Part shown: positions 27,901 through 39,900 of the stretch, one piece after another
How positions within the stretch are numbered: the stretch's first letter is position 1
Layout: the number at the start of each line of letters is the position of its first letter
Assembly (NCBI GenBank): GCA_030698625.1
Contig: JAUYMS010000017.1
Location: forward strand, 12,962 to 76,961
Reading direction: 5' to 3'
Length of the DNA stretch: 64,000 bases
DNA from: Candidatus Omnitrophota bacterium
GTDB lineage: Bacteria; Omnitrophota; Omnitrophia; Omnitrophales; Aquincolibacteriaceae
Translations under genes and position numbers: made by a program
The notes under the pieces: model-generated
The model's database searches: none
Seen by the model: only the letters and a program-made list of their open reading frames with translations
What the model was told of the DNA's origin: nothing

Positions 27901-30900
27901 CTACATCAAAGAGTCCCAGACGGCCCGCTTGCAGGGCAGTGACCGGTTTCCGGCCGGCTATCGATCCCTTTTTATCGGCAACGGTTCCGATCCCTATCCT
28001 GTCGAAGAGGCCCGCTTGGGTGCGGTGAGTGACGCTATCGATACCCGCTATGGCGACGAAATAATGGCAGGCACCGAGAAAGTTTTCCGCGAGGCAGCCG
28101 ATCGCTTTAGTATTCCGATGGTAGGGGAGCAACCTGTTCTCAGATTCCTCCGCGGCGACATCAACGACCGGACAGAGAGTGAGACTCAGGCGCAAACGAT
28201 CGCCAGGCTTCTCGGCCTTCCGTCGGCAGAAGATGCCCTTGACCATATTTCGGTTCTGGATTTCTTTATCGATCCGGGCGATGCCGGTCCCACCGGGTCC
28301 TTTGATTTTCTGCTTCGCAACGCGATGCAGGCACAATTGCTACAGCGCGGAGTTCAGGGAATTGTGGAAGACAGTGTGCGCGCGGAGCCTGCTATCAACC
28401 TTTTCAAGGCACTCCTGGAACTCGTAAAGCCCGGAGGGACGATCGAGTTCAGCGAGGAGCCCCTCGTCCCGGAAGGCCGGTTGCCGGTCACGGCCTTCAG
28501 CGTCTTCGAGACCCTGCTGAAAGACTCTGGTTATCAGGAAGGCCGCGATTACCGGCGCGAGATCGTCGGCACAACCAACATCGAACACAATGGCATCGCC
28601 CTATATACCATTCTCAATAAACCCGAGCTCGGTCCGGCACAGATTGACGTGCAATTCGCCGGGCGAATCGAGAGATGGGGAGCTGAGAGAGGGTCCGATG
28701 AAGATATGGCATCGGCTATCCACGACTTTTTCCTTGGCGGCAGCGAAGACACCCTGGCAGTGGCCGAGCAATTGTTTGGCGAGGCGATACGAATGCGCGA
28801 TATCGAAAAAATCGAAGCCCGTCACTTTGCCCATGACCCCGTTCTCCATATGTTCGATGCGAAGATGACTCTCAAAGACGGAAACAGCCGGGATTTCTCT
28901 CTGATCCTGCCGGTCGAAGTGGGGGATGAGGAGTCCGATTTTGTTCGCGGTTTCAGGAATGTAGAAGAAATGCAGCGGCGCGGTTTTACAAACACAATCA
29001 AGCTGCTGCGGCTAGGCCGCGGGCAGATCGCTGCGCGGCACCCGCAGATGAATGGTAAGCCGCTGGCGATTGCTGCCGTGGAAGATCTCGGGGGCTTTGC
29101 AATCCTCCAGCCCCGCTACTATGCGCGGGCAGATTTTAGCGTACGGGGCCTGGACAATAGTAACCGGGTTCTCAGAGAAGTGAAAGTATTCGAAGAACCC
29201 CTTCCGGTGCAACACGCCATTCTGAGTGAAGTGGGAAAGTATATGACCCTCCTGACCGGGCATGAACCCGATTCGGATGAGATCAGCTATGTGTCGGTCA
29301 ATTTCGGGCTCCGTGATGTGCTCACCCGAATTTATCGCGGCCACGACTTTGATATCAAGACGCTCTTAGTACGCGGCATCGCGGATAATCGTAAGCCTGA
29401 GAATTTCCTGGATTATTTGATGGGCGGTAGGTTCGTCTTGCTCGATGGCCGCGCGCTCTTTCCTGTGGAGCCCCTGCTAAGGGGTATCGCCATGGGGCTT
29501 ATCGAGAAATTCGGCAAACAGGATGGCAGCCGCTACTTCAAAGACTGGATGCAGCGCTACAGAGAAGTTCTTAGCAACCGCGCCGAAGCATTGCGTGCCT
29601 GGCAGTCCAAGCTATACGATGGGGGAGCGAACCCCAGAGATTTTCTGGACGCGGATCTGGTGAGCTGGCTCGAAATGCAAATAGAGGATGCCAAAAAGGA
29701 CGAAGACCTAGCGGTTTTCTATCCGTGGGGCACGGAAAAATTCGAAACCTATCTTGAAACCGGCAAACGTGATTCCGACGGAACGATCGTTAAATTTCCG
29801 GCTGCGATCCTCAAGGTCACAGAGCGCGTCCTCGCGGCCGTGGAGGCCCTGCCGAAAACGCAAAGTGAAATACAAGCATTTGCCGCGGAAAGACCCGAGA
29901 TTCGCTTTGCCGGACCGGTCGATCAGTTGCCCGAACGATCCGAGCTTAGAGCCGACGATCCGTGGCATGAGACGCAGCTTGCTTATCTTATGCAGCAATC
30001 CGATGAAGCCTACCGCGACGCAAAAATTGGGGAGCTTGTTGAGGCCGGCCAGTTCACTCGGAGTACTCGTGATGCGACCGTTCCCGCAGCCTCCCGTGTG
30101 TTGGAGCAGCAAAAAAGCGAGACAGCGCCTATTGGTTACTTCAGTAGCCTGCTTCGCCTTGCCGGCGGCGACGAGGTCGGTGCATCATTTGAAGCGCGCT
30201 TCGGAACCGAAGGTTCTGTGACCGTCGATGAGGTCTTTCATTACTTCTTGGAACAGATCGATACAATCACCCATGAAGACGGCACCTCAATCGTTAACGA
30301 CTCTCTGCTCGACACCAACGAGAGCAAGAAGAGATTGTTGAACGAAATCTATCCGGTAATCCTGTTCAGTTTTGCCGGAATTACGCGGAAGCATGTCACA
30401 ATTCCGTATATTTTTCACCTGCTCGGTGTTGCCCTGCTGACGGTTCAGACCCTTGCGGAGAGCAACATTACCCACACCCAGCCCCGGAACGAAAGAGAAG
30501 CGTGGGTCATGGATATGCTCATCGCCTCGCTTTACCATGACCTCATTGAAGATACTGCCTTCTCCCCGTTCAACCTCGAGAAGTTCACATCGCGGAAGGC
30601 GCGGTTGCGCATTGAAGCGCTGACGAAACTGGATGTCCTCGAGAATATAGAGGGTATTCCGGCAGAACCCCTGGCGAAGCTCAAGAAACGAATTGAGAAG
30701 ATCAATTATACGGAGCTTAAAAAAGGCCCTAAAACGCTGGTGATCAAATTCGCCGACCGCATGTACAACCTGGCCGACGCGTTTGTGACCGCAAACTTTC
30801 TTCGCGGTACTGACGAGGCTGTGTTCGCGACGGCGGAGGCATTTCGAATCAAGTACGTGACCCAAACTACGGGAGAAGACGGTTTCCTTGCAAATCTTGT

Positions 30901-33900
30901 TTATGGGGAGAATCTCCCGACCGGCGAACCGTGGTTCATCGATGTGGCCAATTTTTTTGTCGCGCGTATTAATGAAATTACCGGAGAGAGTAACCCGCAA
31001 TTGGCGCGGGAATCGGAGGCGGCACAGGCGGGGGAATGGATCGATCTGCTGGATCGTGATTATGAGCGTGCCCGTCAGACGCTCATGAGTATGGAAGCCG
31101 ATGAGCGGGACAGAGTTCGTCTCGACGCGATCGAAGCGCTCAGGAATGAAATTGCCAGGATGCATCGAGGCACGATACACCTGGAGCCCGTTACGGCATT
31201 GACTCAGGACCTGAAGGGCGACTATACGGTTCGGCGCCTTACTTCATTGAGGGAAGACCTCGTTGTGAAGGACTTTGACCATGCGGAAACCCCGGGCTAT
31301 GAAGGAGATTATCTTCGGGAATCCCGGCATATCAGTCAACTCGTAGCGCGCCGCGGTACGGAAGAATATCTGATGCGGCTCAAGCTCTTCTGGCTTCAAA
31401 CGCTCCCCGAAGATTTTTCGATCGTGCATGTGGCCAGCGGCGTCAATTATATACCCTCTTACCTCTTTCCCTACACCGCAGTGACTTTGATGACGGTCAA
31501 TGCCAGTGCAGCGAACTTTATCATGTCTTCTGTTACGGGCATTGATGACAGTGCCTGGAACCTCAATCTGATAAAGAATCTCGATTACAGCGACGGCATA
31601 GACGCTCTTGATATTCCGAAGTTGAGGGGTGCGATCGACTCAAGCCCGCAGGCGAAACCGTCGCAGCGCGTTTTCTTTTTTAGCAACTTCGAACCCTGGG
31701 CCCGAAACTCCTGGACCTTTTTCGAAAATCAACGCACCCGTTACCGGACGAAGGAACCGCCGGCCGACCTTGCGGAAACCTGGGCGCGTGAAGCCGACGA
31801 AGGCCTCATTCGAGAGGGCGATACCCTGATTTTTTCAGGCGACGGTGACAGCGCTATCATGGAGGCACTTATCGCGCGAGGGTTTGTGGAGTTGCGCTAC
31901 CCTGCGGGCGTCCAAGAGAGCCTATTGGCAGCCGACGCCGGAGATTACAGCGTCAACTATATTGACGACCAGTATATCGAATGGGCCCGGACATTTCGCG
32001 TTTTGCAGAAACCTTACAGCGATGCGGCTGCAACTGAGACCGATCCTATCTCGAGTGCGCAATGGGTGAAATCCGATCGCTCCGAGCTGCGGGAAGATAC
32101 AGCGGTAGATACGGCAGTCAAAGTGGGGGCGGTGGTCGTTGGAACCGCCGCGGCGGGCACTGCGGGTTACTACCTATTAAGGAAGAAAGGCGACGGCTCA
32201 GGTAAGCCGGAGCCGATTCGGGTTGAGGCGCGCCAGGTCGGCCGGCGCGAATTCATGCAGACAAGTACTGCGGTCATGGCCTCGATGTCGCCGGCGGCGA
32301 AATTGTTTCTCGGCCAAGCGGCGGCTGAAACCGCGGTCGAAACAGTCGCCGGCACATTTAACGCGCAGACGGAAATGATGTTTGCCATTGCGCGGGCGAT
32401 CAACGGGATCGCGCGGGTCGAAGACGGAAGCTCCTCCGGCGCTCCGCTCGTAACTGATATCCTGCCTTGGCATCTGGAAAATAATCCCGACCTTATGCCC
32501 GACCAGGTCGAGGCCTTGAGAGAGAAAATTCTCGTCGCGCAAGATCACGTCAGCAAAAGTGTTTCGAAGCAGATATTCGCGCGGGCGTCCCGAATCCAAT
32601 TACCCGAGGGTATTTCGAATAGTACCGAATTGGATGAGTTCGTCAGGAAGTTTTTGTTGCCGCTCACCCGCACGTTGGGTAATGAGGTCGGCACGATCGT
32701 CAAAGGCCTCAAGACACGCGCCTTTGCGCAGATGGCGCTCCGGAAAGCAGCAGAGACGGCAAAACCGGCAGGGCTCAAAGATTATAATGCTGAGAAAGCA
32801 GCGAAAGCCGAACAGGGACAGCAGTACGCTGACTACGCCAAAGACGAGGCTGCGCGGATTTTCCGTATCGAGACGGCGCTCGAAGATAAGCGCCGGCGAT
32901 TTTCGGCCGAGTATGACCGCCTGCAGGCAGAACTCAAAATCGTACGTGACGAAGCAGCAGAGCCGCTAATCGGTAGTGACCTCGGCGGTGATCAGGATAA
33001 GCACTATGCCCGCTCTCTTTTGCCGATCCTGGCGGCCGAGGCCAAGGCACTGGCCGCAAAACTCGGGGAATTGAGAACTCTTATCGGGATCAGCCGCAAG
33101 CGCCAGAAGGCAGAAATGTGGTACGACACGGAGTTGGGCAATCTTGCGAATTCGTTCGGCCGGAAGATCGATACTTACCTACAAGGCTTCCGCAGAAGCG
33201 GCGAGGCCGATCCCAAACCGGCACTTCAAATCATTACCGATTTCCTGCGTGAGATCGGACGCGAGGACTTGTTATCCACCCTCGAACTTTACCAATACGA
33301 CAATCCGCAAATCAAGGACAATAAAATGTGGGCCGTGATTGTCGACGGCCATCAGACGTTGGCGTTTCTTCAACTCAGCGGTACCTACCACGTATCCCTA
33401 TTGAATGACCCCGTTTACTACGGCAAGACGACCGAAAAGGGTTTTGAGGCGCGCGGTAACGGAGCCCAGCGGGGTGCGCGGCTCTTCCTGCGGTATTTTG
33501 CACCGCGCTCTCTGTATCCTGAAGAGACGCAAGGCGACGTTTCCGTTGTGAAATTGCCAGACGGCCGTACGATCGAGATCCTCCGCGATCCCCAGCTGCT
33601 GGGCCGCTACCTCAGTCTGACCGTCAAAGACGCAGACGGCAACGAAATCAGCCATAGCGTGGAAACGCTCCATACGGTTGTTGAGCTCGGAGCGCCGGAG
33701 CCAAGGACAAAGTATGAATTTACACGTCGGGACGGCAAGTATGTCCTTCTTCCCGCACGTTCCGAGTTGCGCAGCCAGGGCGCGTTTACGTTTTATGAAA
33801 AAGACGAGCCGATCCTGCATGTGCAGATTAACGTGAGCCCGGGTGGCGACTCAGCCGATTTTAATCTGGCGGCGATCGAATCCGCGCTCTTAGGTCTCAT

Positions 33901-36900
33901 GAAGACCAAGAGGGCACTGATCAAGTCGGCGGACCCTAAACCGGAACTTCTGTGGCAGATCAGCAAGGCGGGCCCGAACCTCGCGATCGGTGACGAGAAT
34001 AGAACGATTTACCCCATTGCGGTTGAAGGCGCCCGGCCTTCCCTGCTGCTTAAGATTAAAGATCCCGGAAACGCGAGTAACATTATTGCCACGGCTTATA
34101 TCCATGAAGTCTCGGGCGAAATCGTGAGCGATTCCTTTGCGAAAGAACGCGAAATTGCCCGGGAGGCGGTTGCCAGACTAGACCGCAGGACTAAAAAAAT
34201 AGAACGGGTCCTAATTGTCGATGACGAAAGCAACCGGCGCGCCGTGGTTCGCCGCGTGCTTCGCGATGCCAATAAATCAAGCGAAGAGACCGAATACGGT
34301 GAAGCCGAAAACGGCCGCGATGCCGTGAACGTATTTCGTCATAGCACTTATGACCTGGTGATTACGGATATGGATATGCCGAATGGTAACGGCGACGAGT
34401 TCATCCGGGAGATCCGCCGCACGGCCGGCCCCAAGGTGCCGGTCATTCTCTTGAGCGGCTCACAGTGGGCGCATGAGCAGGTCCGCAAAAAACTCGGCCC
34501 CAACGCGATCAGCCTGGCCAAAAAAGGCTCGGGCTACAACGCCAACCTTGTCCTGCAGTTCGTGATCGAAGAACTTCAAAATCAGGTGCGGCGCTCCGAG
34601 CTGCGCCTCAGTATCGGGGAGATCGAGCAATTTCTCAAAACGAAGCAAGAGGGGCTGATCGCCGGTTATGCGCAACATTTTGTCGACGATATCGCGAGCC
34701 TTTCAGACGAGGATATTCAACAGGGGATCCGGGACTTCTCTTTGGATGAGGAAGTCTATGGCCGGCCGGCGCTTGATGCGGAGCAGTTAGAAGACCGCAC
34801 TCCCGAAGGCCGGTACGCCATTGTGACGGAAGCCCTTTTCCGTTATCTCAGGGCACATCAGGGGCGCGTGGCAAACTATGCGATTGAGTTGGCGCGAATG
34901 GTTTCTGACAAATTCCCCGATGAATTTAATTACAACGATGAAGAAGCCCGGAAGTTATTCAGGGTCTCTGTCCTGGCGCACGATATCGGCAAGGTCAAAG
35001 TCAAACCCTCAATCCTTCTCTTTAGTAAGGGGCTATTGAAAGGCGACGATTTGGAAACGATGCGCTCTCATGCCGCGCTCGGGGCGGATATCGCCCGTGA
35101 TTACCTGAATGAGATAGGCGTGGATCCGGAGGTTCGTGATTCGGTTGTGAATGTCGTCAATTTCCATCACGAGGATTGGAACGGAGAGGGTTATCCGCAG
35201 CGCCTCAAGGGAAAGGACATTCCCTTTTTGGCACGGCTCGTCCGTATTGTCGACACCATGGAAGCGATGCGCCCTCTCATTCCGCGCTTCCACTCCTATA
35301 AGAGTTCCACGGTTGCTCAAGTGATGGGGCTGCTTGAAACAGGCAAAGAAAAGTATTTTGACCCAAGCTTGGTCGACATTCTCTTAGACGGCATCCGCGA
35401 GGATAAGGCCACGGCGCGGCGATTCGCGGGGTTGCTTCTCACGGATTTAGAGACGCTCGATGACGCGCTGGGCATCGAACGCTCCGAACTGCGGAGTTCA
35501 ACAGAAACCGCGGATGATGATTTTGAACAGCAGCTGGCGGACGTTGCCGAAATCGTTCAAAACTTAGTCCGAGGCACGGGAGAAGCCTCAAAGTCAGCCG
35601 TGTCTATCGTCATGAGCCTTGCCGAGAGCGGCTATTTCCATCCGCACCAATCGTGGCTCCAACGTAGACGTCCGTTACAGGGTAGTCAATTGGAAGCGCA
35701 GCGCCGCCGTATAAAGCTCTCCTTTACCGATGCGCCTTACCCGGGCCATACCCCGGAAAATGCTTTTTTTAGCCTGACGATCACGGGAATCCCGAACAAT
35801 GAAAGGCTGCGCAACCTCGCCGCGGCCCTTAAGGAAGCTCATATTGTTTCTGCGACCTCCTCGTTGGATCTGCTGGTCATTTTAGAGGCCCTTGTAAAAC
35901 AATTGCCCTCAAGTAATTTTGACGCAGAAAAGCTGCAGCAATTGGCGGCTCGCGTACAGGCGGTGAACGAGGAGTCGGGTACGTTGGGATTGTCTCAGGT
36001 ATTGCTTGCATTACGCGAGCTCACGAAGAACCACTTTTTCCATCGCAGGGGATTTAACGATGTCATGCGGGCGATAGACGTTTTGGAGAGTATTGCTGCG
36101 GACGAGCGGCGGGAGCAATTATTCAGTCTATTCTATTATCTCAACAAGGAAGAATTCTTTCTTGAAAGGGGATGGTCGCTCGCCCGAATTTCCCGAGGAC
36201 TCGTGCTGATTGTGTCAAAAATCCCTGTTGTGAATTTTATCCTTGGCCTTTTCCTGCAGTGGTTGTGGATGAGAGCAGAGTGGCTCGTCAGTTTCTTTCT
36301 TGCAGAGAAGCAAAGTGTGTCGAGACTCGAGTGGGCCGGTCTTGCGGCATCGTCGGAAGACCTGCAAGAAATTACTTCTGCGTGGGCGAAACTCTCGCTT
36401 TCTGTAGAAAACAGGGGAATATCGCGCAGATTCTATCTGAATGCCCATTTGTTAAGGCAATTGGGCCCGAAAGGGGCTCGCGCGGCTCTCCCGTCGTGGA
36501 TGAGCAGGTTGGAGGTTTGGGAGAAAGATCACGCAAGGGAATTTTTATCTGAGGCGTTTCTGAGCGGCCCTGTAGATCAACCGGATGCCGCATCCCCGCA
36601 GCCTTCAAGTAGTCGTGCCTTGAGCACAATGATTAACACCAGGCTGTCCGATAGTTTTCTGAACCTGGGTCCCGGGATGCCTGGCGATAGAAAAATCGGT
36701 GTCTATTACGGCTATCTGCTTAACCATATTCTCGCCCAATCGATCGTAGATACGGATAAGGACCCTGCGCACTTAAAGCAGATGGCTTTTGAACTTGCCG
36801 CGCTTCTCATCGCGGATAAGAAGGTCATGCCATGGGTTGTCATTGCGGTGCTGGATGAATTGGAGCTGTTTGAGGCTAAGCAGGAGATTGTAACGGTTGT

Positions 36901-39900
36901 CGGCACCGCGGCGGCGATTGCGGCCCATCATGGTGCCGATTTCAAAGAGGAGCTGTATTCAAAATTTCTGACGCACAGCATTCCGAGAATTGCGTTGGAA
37001 TCGCCCGAATTACCCATGGAGTTCAGCGCGCTTCAGCGGGCGGTGGCGGGAATCCTGGGTTTTTATCAGGATGAGCGTTACGCGTTGGATCTGATCAAAG
37101 TGACGGGCCGCTATCTCAGTGATGAAGGCCGTCCCGATGTGATCGCAGATCGCATAGCGGAATTGGACGCAGTGGAGTCGATCCATTTCGAGACGCCGCG
37201 GATTCGAAAACAGGTCATTGACAAACTTGCACGTGTGCACACCCGGGCCCAGGGCAGTCGCTTTTTTGTCAGCGATGAAGTGCAGCAGCGGCGGCAAGAA
37301 GTCCTCGAAAACCTGAGGGCTGAGAAACAGCCCGCGCGTATTGTGACTGCCGGGCTGCTGGCAGAGTTTGAAGAATATATAAGCACGGTTGCCTCTGAGG
37401 ATGAGATCGGTCTTGTGAAGTCGCTAAATCGATACGGGCACTTGCTGCATAGGAACAGGAGAGGGGCCGTACCATTTGGGGCCTTGGGTGTGCTAGGGAC
37501 GCCGGGGTCGCGTTGGCACGACGAGTTCCCGGCCGTGAAGCTGACAAATACGAGTCTCGACGAAGTCGATATCTATGAAGGTTACGATGGCCCGAACTGG
37601 CTTATGGGCGAGGGTTTCAGCAGTCGAGCGGCGTACCGCGCGGTGCAGGAAAAAATCCGTGATGCGGTCAACGCCGGCCGTATTGACTATGCGAATGCTG
37701 CTGCCGTCATGAACGCTCAAGCAAAGCGAATCGAACGCTCCGAACTGCGGCTTCCCGGTGAAAAAGTAGCGGTCATCGGCGGGGCCGGATTTGTGGGTGC
37801 CACCGAGGCGTCCATGCTTTCGGCTCGCTTTGGCCATGATGTCACGGGCGTCGACATCAAAGACGAAAGCGTGAAGTCGCTCAATGGCGGCACATTGGTC
37901 AATTATGCCCCCGGCCTCGAAGAAATTCTCCAGGAGGGATTGAACACGAATCGCCTGCGGTTCACAACACATTTGGAACAGGCGATCAAGGATCGCGAGT
38001 TTATTTTTCTTGCCTTGCCCACACCCTATAAGGAAGACACCGGGGAGGCGGATATAAGTTTTCTCGAGAACGCCGTGCGGGACATTGTCCGCCTTGCGGA
38101 ACCCGGAAAGAGGAAAATCATCATCGGTAAAAGTACGGCCCCTCCTGCCACGGCGAAACGTCTGAAGGAAATTATTGCCGAAGAACTCCCCGAGGGAGCA
38201 GAAGTGCACCTGGCATGGATCCCCGAATTCCTGCGCGAGGGCATGGAAGTCGAAGACGCGTTGGGCGGATCGGGCCGTATGGTGATCGGTGCCGACAGCC
38301 CGGAGATCGCGGAGCGCGTCGCGTCTCTTTATGCGCCGGAGAGAATCAATCCTAAGTACCCGACTCGAAACCCGAATCGACCGGGCGAGCCCATCCCCAT
38401 TGTCAAAATGGGGATTGAAAGCGCCATGCTGGTCAAATACGCCGCGAACGGTTTCCGCGCCACCAAGATTTCCTTTATTAATCTTATCAGTTGGTTTACC
38501 GAAGAGCTCGGTTTCAAAATTGGCGACATCTCGGCAGCGATTGGCGAAGATCCGCGAATTTTGAAACCCTTTTTACAGGCCGGGTGCGGTTGGGGCGGAT
38601 CGTGCTTCCCGAAGGATTCTTTATCCTTTCTGCGCCAAGTCGTAGATGCCGGAATCCCTTACGGATTGATGCTCGATACCTTTGCCGTGAACGAAATCCA
38701 GTGGAGGACCTTTGTCCACCGGATCGATGAGCAGTTAAGCGGCGTAAAAGACAAGACCGTTGTCATCTTGGGAGGTTCCTTCAAACCGGGAACGAGTGAC
38801 GTAAGGGAAGCCCGCTCGATCCTGATTATCAAAGAGTTGTTGAGTCGGGGTGCCCGCGTGCGGGTCTTTGATCCCGTTGCCATTCCCTTTTTGAAGAAGG
38901 AGTTTCCGGGCGAGGCGGGCATCGAATATTTTGAGGTTTCCGAGGACGGCCTCGAAGCAGCTGATTACGAAAGCATGAAGGGTGCGGATGCCGTCGCGCT
39001 GGTGACCGCATGGGAGACTTTTAAATCCTTGGATTTTGAACACCTCAGAGATGTGACTTTTTCCGGCAGAGCCCTTCCGACGATCTTTGACGGCTTCAAC
39101 GGTTGGAATCCCGAAACCCTGGGGGGTCTCGGTTTTAGTTATACGGGGATCAGCCATAATAAATTTGATAGTGACCTGGTCGGAGAAGCAACCGTCGATA
39201 ACCAGGAGGAGTTTGTGGAGCTTACCAAACAACTCTTTCTCGCCCTTCGAGTCTCGTACACCAATATGCTTGCAGAGATGGCCGAAGCCGCGGGTGCCGA
39301 TATTCGCGAGGTCCTGACGGGAATCGGCTTTGATCCGGTTATCGGTCCCGAGCATCTGAAGCCCGGTCTCGGCTTTGGCGGTTTACACCTTTCCCGTGCC
39401 TTGGAGCGTTTTGAGAGCATGGCGGTGGCACTCAATTTCCGCGCATTCTATTCCGCAGAATACGTCACACGCAGACATCAGATTCAGGACCATTTTGGTT
39501 TTGGAAAGAACGGAATGGGGGATAGCCCGGACCGCATTCCTTTTGTATCCGCGATTCGTGAGGAAAATGAAAGGTCCATCAGGCTACATGTGGATATGAT
39601 ACGAGAGGCAGCGGGGGGTGACTTGACGGGAAAAAAAATCGCGGTTTTGGGGTTGGCATATAAGCCCGGTACCAACGTCATTGACAACGCGCCTTCTGTG
39701 AAATTGATAAATACGCTGCTTGAAGCAGGCGCAATTATTCAGGCGACCGATGAGGATGAGCAGGTCATAGCGAAGATCAAACAGGAGTTCCGTCAGGTTG
39801 AGTCCGGGCGACTTCAGTTTTTCGCGGATGCCCGCGATGCAGTACAAAAGAGTCAGGTTCAGGTTTTGGTGACCGAATGGCCAAGATATCGGGATTGGAA

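Noticed and set aside
13219-29905. Near-motifs ESELR (13219), SAELR (~27440) and RPEIR (29891) as extra delimiters
   Set aside because: They mismatch at conserved positions, ESELR uses an AGC Ser codon, and the first two lie inside apparent domains. They were not counted.
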